From contig OZ243938.1 of NCBI GenBank assembly GCA_965214095.1, positions 2,272,001 to 2,336,000 on the forward strand: a stretch of 64,000 nucleotides of DNA, in the 5' to 3' direction. This DNA is from Candidatus Poribacteria bacterium (GTDB lineage: Bacteria > Poribacteria > WGA-4E > WGA-3G). The translations under genes were made by a program, and so were the position numbers. Of the stretch, positions 61,389-64,000 are shown one piece after another (position 1 is the first letter of the stretch; every line of letters starts with the position of its first letter). The notes beneath the pieces are model-generated. The model had not been told where the DNA came from. It searched no databases and was given only the letters and a program-made list of their open reading frames with translations.

Positions 61389-64000
61389 ATGAGGAACTGG
61401 ATTTATATTGTTATATTATTATTAGTTTTTTGTGGAAACATACCAATTAGTTACGCAGCAGACGGTGAGAAAAAGTTAGGGTTATCAGATGCAGCAATTC
61501 AGATAAGAGATGAAGTATCTATACGCAACATTCGGAAAGACCTTGCACGTTTATCAAGTTTAGAGTCTCGTGTTACAGGTTATCCGCAAGCAGCAAATGG
61601 CAGTAAGTATATCTTTGACCGTTTCGTTGAAATGGGGTTAAAGAATGTTGAAAGTCGTGAATTTACTGTCACCGTGCCTATTGACTACGGTAACAGTGCT
61701 ATTGAAATCCTGTCTTCTGATGGCAATGTACTGCAGACCTATTCACTCAAGTCGTTGTGGCCAAATCTTGTTCGCACATCCCTCCTTACCGATGGTGTCA
61801 AACATACTGTTGCGGCAGGTGAAACCCTCAAAATAATCGCAGAAAACTATGCTGTCTCCCTGACAGACATTACGGAGAATCCTCATAACCAATACCTACC
61901 GTCGCCTATCGTAGAAGGTAACACAGTATTCATTCCAACGGGTGGTCTCACCGGTCCGTTGCTTTACGGTGATGATTCACAACTGGCAGATTTCAACGGA
62001 ACTAACGTTGGTGGATTCTGGTATGAACTCCAAGAGGGTGATTCACTTGTTTCACTTGCCAGACGATTTCGCGTTACGCAAGCAAGTATAACTGATGATG
62101 TACTTAACGGTCATCTTCAGAAAGCTTCTGATGGTATTGACAACGATGAAGATGGCACTATTGACGAGTATGGCGAAATCCCGCTGTTATCAGAAATTCT
62201 TGGTTGGGCAACAGATGGTATTGACAACAATGCAGATGGATGGACAGATGAAATTCCTGGCGATGATACTGATGGTATTGATAACAATAAAGATGGACAG
62301 ATTGACGAAACTGGGGAATTCATAGCAGCAGGTGAATCCCATATATTCATTCCAAAAGGTGCTATTGTCCTCGCTGAGTTTAACTCTGGAACTCGGTGGA
62401 TAAACGCTGCGATGTTAGGAGCATCCGCTGTTATCTTTATTGAACCTGAAACAACAATACGTGGAGAAGCAGAAAACAAGTTTCTTACCGTTCCCGCTAA
62501 TATCCCACGGTTTTGGGTATCTAAAACAGATGCTGCCCAATTGAAAGAGATCCTTGCGAATGAAGAGGAAGTGAATGTCCGTTTACGTGGTAAAATGAAA
62601 TGGGAACGACGTGTTGGACAAAACATTCGTGGATTCTTAGAAGGCGGTGATCCAGTTTTACGCGACGAATTGGTTGTTCTCACTGCGTATTATGATGCTA
62701 TGTCTGTTGTTCCCGCTATCGCTCCTGGTGCCGACCCAACTTGTGGCATTGCTGTGCTGATGGAACTTGTGCGATTGTTCGGACAACCAGAATACCGTCC
62801 GGGTCGTTCCGTCCTATTTGTCGCTGTTGATGCACATTTCCAAGGTTTGGCTGGCATGCGTGCATTTATGGAAGGTATCGGACAAGATATTGTCGGATCG
62901 GCAATAGACTCACCGGGAACACCTACGCTGCAAGGTCTAAGACGAGGACTGTCCACAGATATAATTGAATTTGAAGAATTAGGTCGCAAACTCTTGCTCT
63001 CAATTGATCGCACAGTTTTGGTTGACCTTGACGCGGATTTCTACCACGGTGTGCACGGTGTCAAGGATGACCTCGATTCGCTTTCTACAACACTTGAAGG
63101 ACTCTCATCAACGCGCGCACAGATTGATGTGCTACACAGGGCACAACGCGATTTTTCTGAACGTCAGAAAAAAGATGCTGAACGAAACCGAAAACGCGAA
63201 AAACAAGGATTCACTGAAGAGGAGAAATCAAGACTTGATGCAAATCTCGTCCGTTTTGAGAAGGAAGCACTGCAAACTACACACTTCCTCCGACAGATTG
63301 TTAACAGACTTGGACAGATACGGACATCCGCATTGGTAACAAGCAAGAAAGCACAACAAGAACTAATTGCAGATATTGCCCTACCGATTGCACGCTTGGA
63401 TACATGGGCAGTGGATAGATTAATACGCGAACTTGAGACAAAAGAGATAAGTGATAAATACGGCACACACCCGAATTTTTCCTACCTATTGCCTGTAAAG
63501 AACGGTACCGATTATCAAGTGCCAACACCAGACGATCTCCCTTCAGAATTGAATGCTGAAATTGAGAACTTGAACAGCACCTTAGCGAACTGGGAAATGA
63601 GTGACACACGGAAGTTTGCTTTGATGTGGACACCTGACAAAATTCTTGATCGTCATTTAGACCTGCCGACTCTCAGAAAAGCACGAGATGCGCGAAAAAC
63701 TCTGGCAAATACAACGGAAACCGAGGAAGCAATAATCTCACGAGAACGTGCATTACTCCAAAAAGTTCAAGAAAATATCAACGACAACACCCCTACAGAA
63801 AATCAGATTAAAGATGCTATCACTAAATTAGGTACTGACCGCCTTAACGATTTACCGACTGAAATAGCATCTCAGTATCTTACAGTATCAACACAAGAAC
63901 GTATTGAGAGAATAAATGCGCAGCTACGTCAACGTTTAACTGAAGCAGAAGCAGCAGATGTTGTTAGTGAAAGTGAAGACGGTCTAATCAAAGATTTGGC
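61389..64000 (+). CDS. Large secreted M28-peptidase-like protein with LysM domains and DGIDN repeats (3'-truncated; absent from the ORF track)
   Basis: MRNWIYIVILLLVFCG signal; SRVTGYP; two LysM-like segments; three DGIDNxxDGxxDE repeats; VLTAYYDAMSVVPAIAPGAD; AHFQGLAGMRAF. Appears open to the window end. Confidence 0.82.
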   Translation, partial: MRNWIYIVILLLVFCGNIPISYAADGEKKLGLSDAAIQIRDEVSIRNIRKDLARLSSLESRVTGYPQAANGSKYIFDRFVEMGLKNVESREFTVTVPIDYGNSAIEILSSDGNVLQTYSLKSLWPNLVRTSLLTDGVKHTVAAGETLKIIAENYAVSLTDITENPHNQYLPSPIVEGNTVFIPTGGLTGPLLYGDDSQLADFNGTNVGGFWYELQEGDSLVSLARRFRVTQASITDDVLNGHLQKASDGIDNDEDGTIDEYGEIPLLSEILGWATDGIDNNADGWTDEIPGDDTDGIDNNKDGQIDETGEFIAAGESHIFIPKGAIVLAEFNSGTRWINAAMLGASAVIFIEPETTIRGEAENKFLTVPANIPRFWVSKTDAAQLKEILANEEEVNVRLRGKMKWERRVGQNIRGFLEGGDPVLRDELVVLTAYYDAMSVVPAIAPGADPTCGIAVLMELVRLFGQPEYRPGRSVLFVAVDAHFQGLAGMRAFMEGIGQDIVGSAIDSPGTPTLQGLRRGLSTDIIEFEELGRKLLLSIDRTVLVDLDADFYHGVHGVKDDLDSLSTTLEGLSSTRAQIDVLHRAQRDFSERQKKDAERNRKREKQGFTEEEKSRLDANLVRFEKEALQTTHFLRQIVNRLGQIRTSALVTSKKAQQELIADIALPIARLDTWAVDRLIRELETKEISDKYGTHPNFSYLLPVKNGTDYQVPTPDDLPSELNAEIENLNSTLANWEMSDTRKFALMWTPDKILDRHLDLPTLRKARDARKTLANTTETEEAIISRERALLQKVQENINDNTPTENQIKDAITKLGTDRLNDLPTEIASQYLTVSTQERIERINAQLRQRLTEAEAADVVSESEDGLIKDL

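Noticed and set aside
62130-62309. GATGGTATTGAYAAC repeats
   Set aside because: In-frame coding repeats (DGIDN), not a CRISPR array.
62117-63633. Several minus-strand and short plus-strand ORFs in the track
   Set aside because: They overlap the long plus-strand CDS from 61389, which the track omits because it has no stop in the window.

Overview
Gene-dense bacterial chromosomal window of roughly 40% GC (estimated by eye). Gene content points to Candidatus Poribacteria or a relative (inference): four PhyH dioxygenases, sulfatases, LamG proteins ending in the 'AVEPxxKLxxTWxxIK' motif, a secreted protein ending in an 'NFPNPCNPETWIPYQL' FlgD-Ig domain, and a DUF6785-like membrane protein. Housekeeping genes include udg, priA, asd, mtnK, hup, secDF, apt, rpe, hisZ-hisG-hisS, groESL and tRNA-Arg(CCT). 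The main highlights are: (1) an ORF-less ~410-nt element at 10.93-11.34 kb in which group IIB intron domain-I-like pieces appear in rearranged order around a TnpB omegaRNA-like scaffold and IS200/IS605-like ends; (2) a tnpB-only IS605-family element (45001-46423, inferred TAM TTAT) inserted in the last codons of hisS, rewriting its C-terminus; (3) an unannotated His-rich leader peptide upstream of hisZ-hisG-hisS; (4) a consensus sigma-54 promoter with enhancer-like palindromes upstream of groESL; (5) a covarying GTAG-REP family carried inside several MITE-like shells; (6) a sensor-less sigma-54 activator downstream of two YaaA/DUF6884-like paralogs. No CRISPR array or rRNA was seen. All family assignments come from motif recognition by eye, not database searches.
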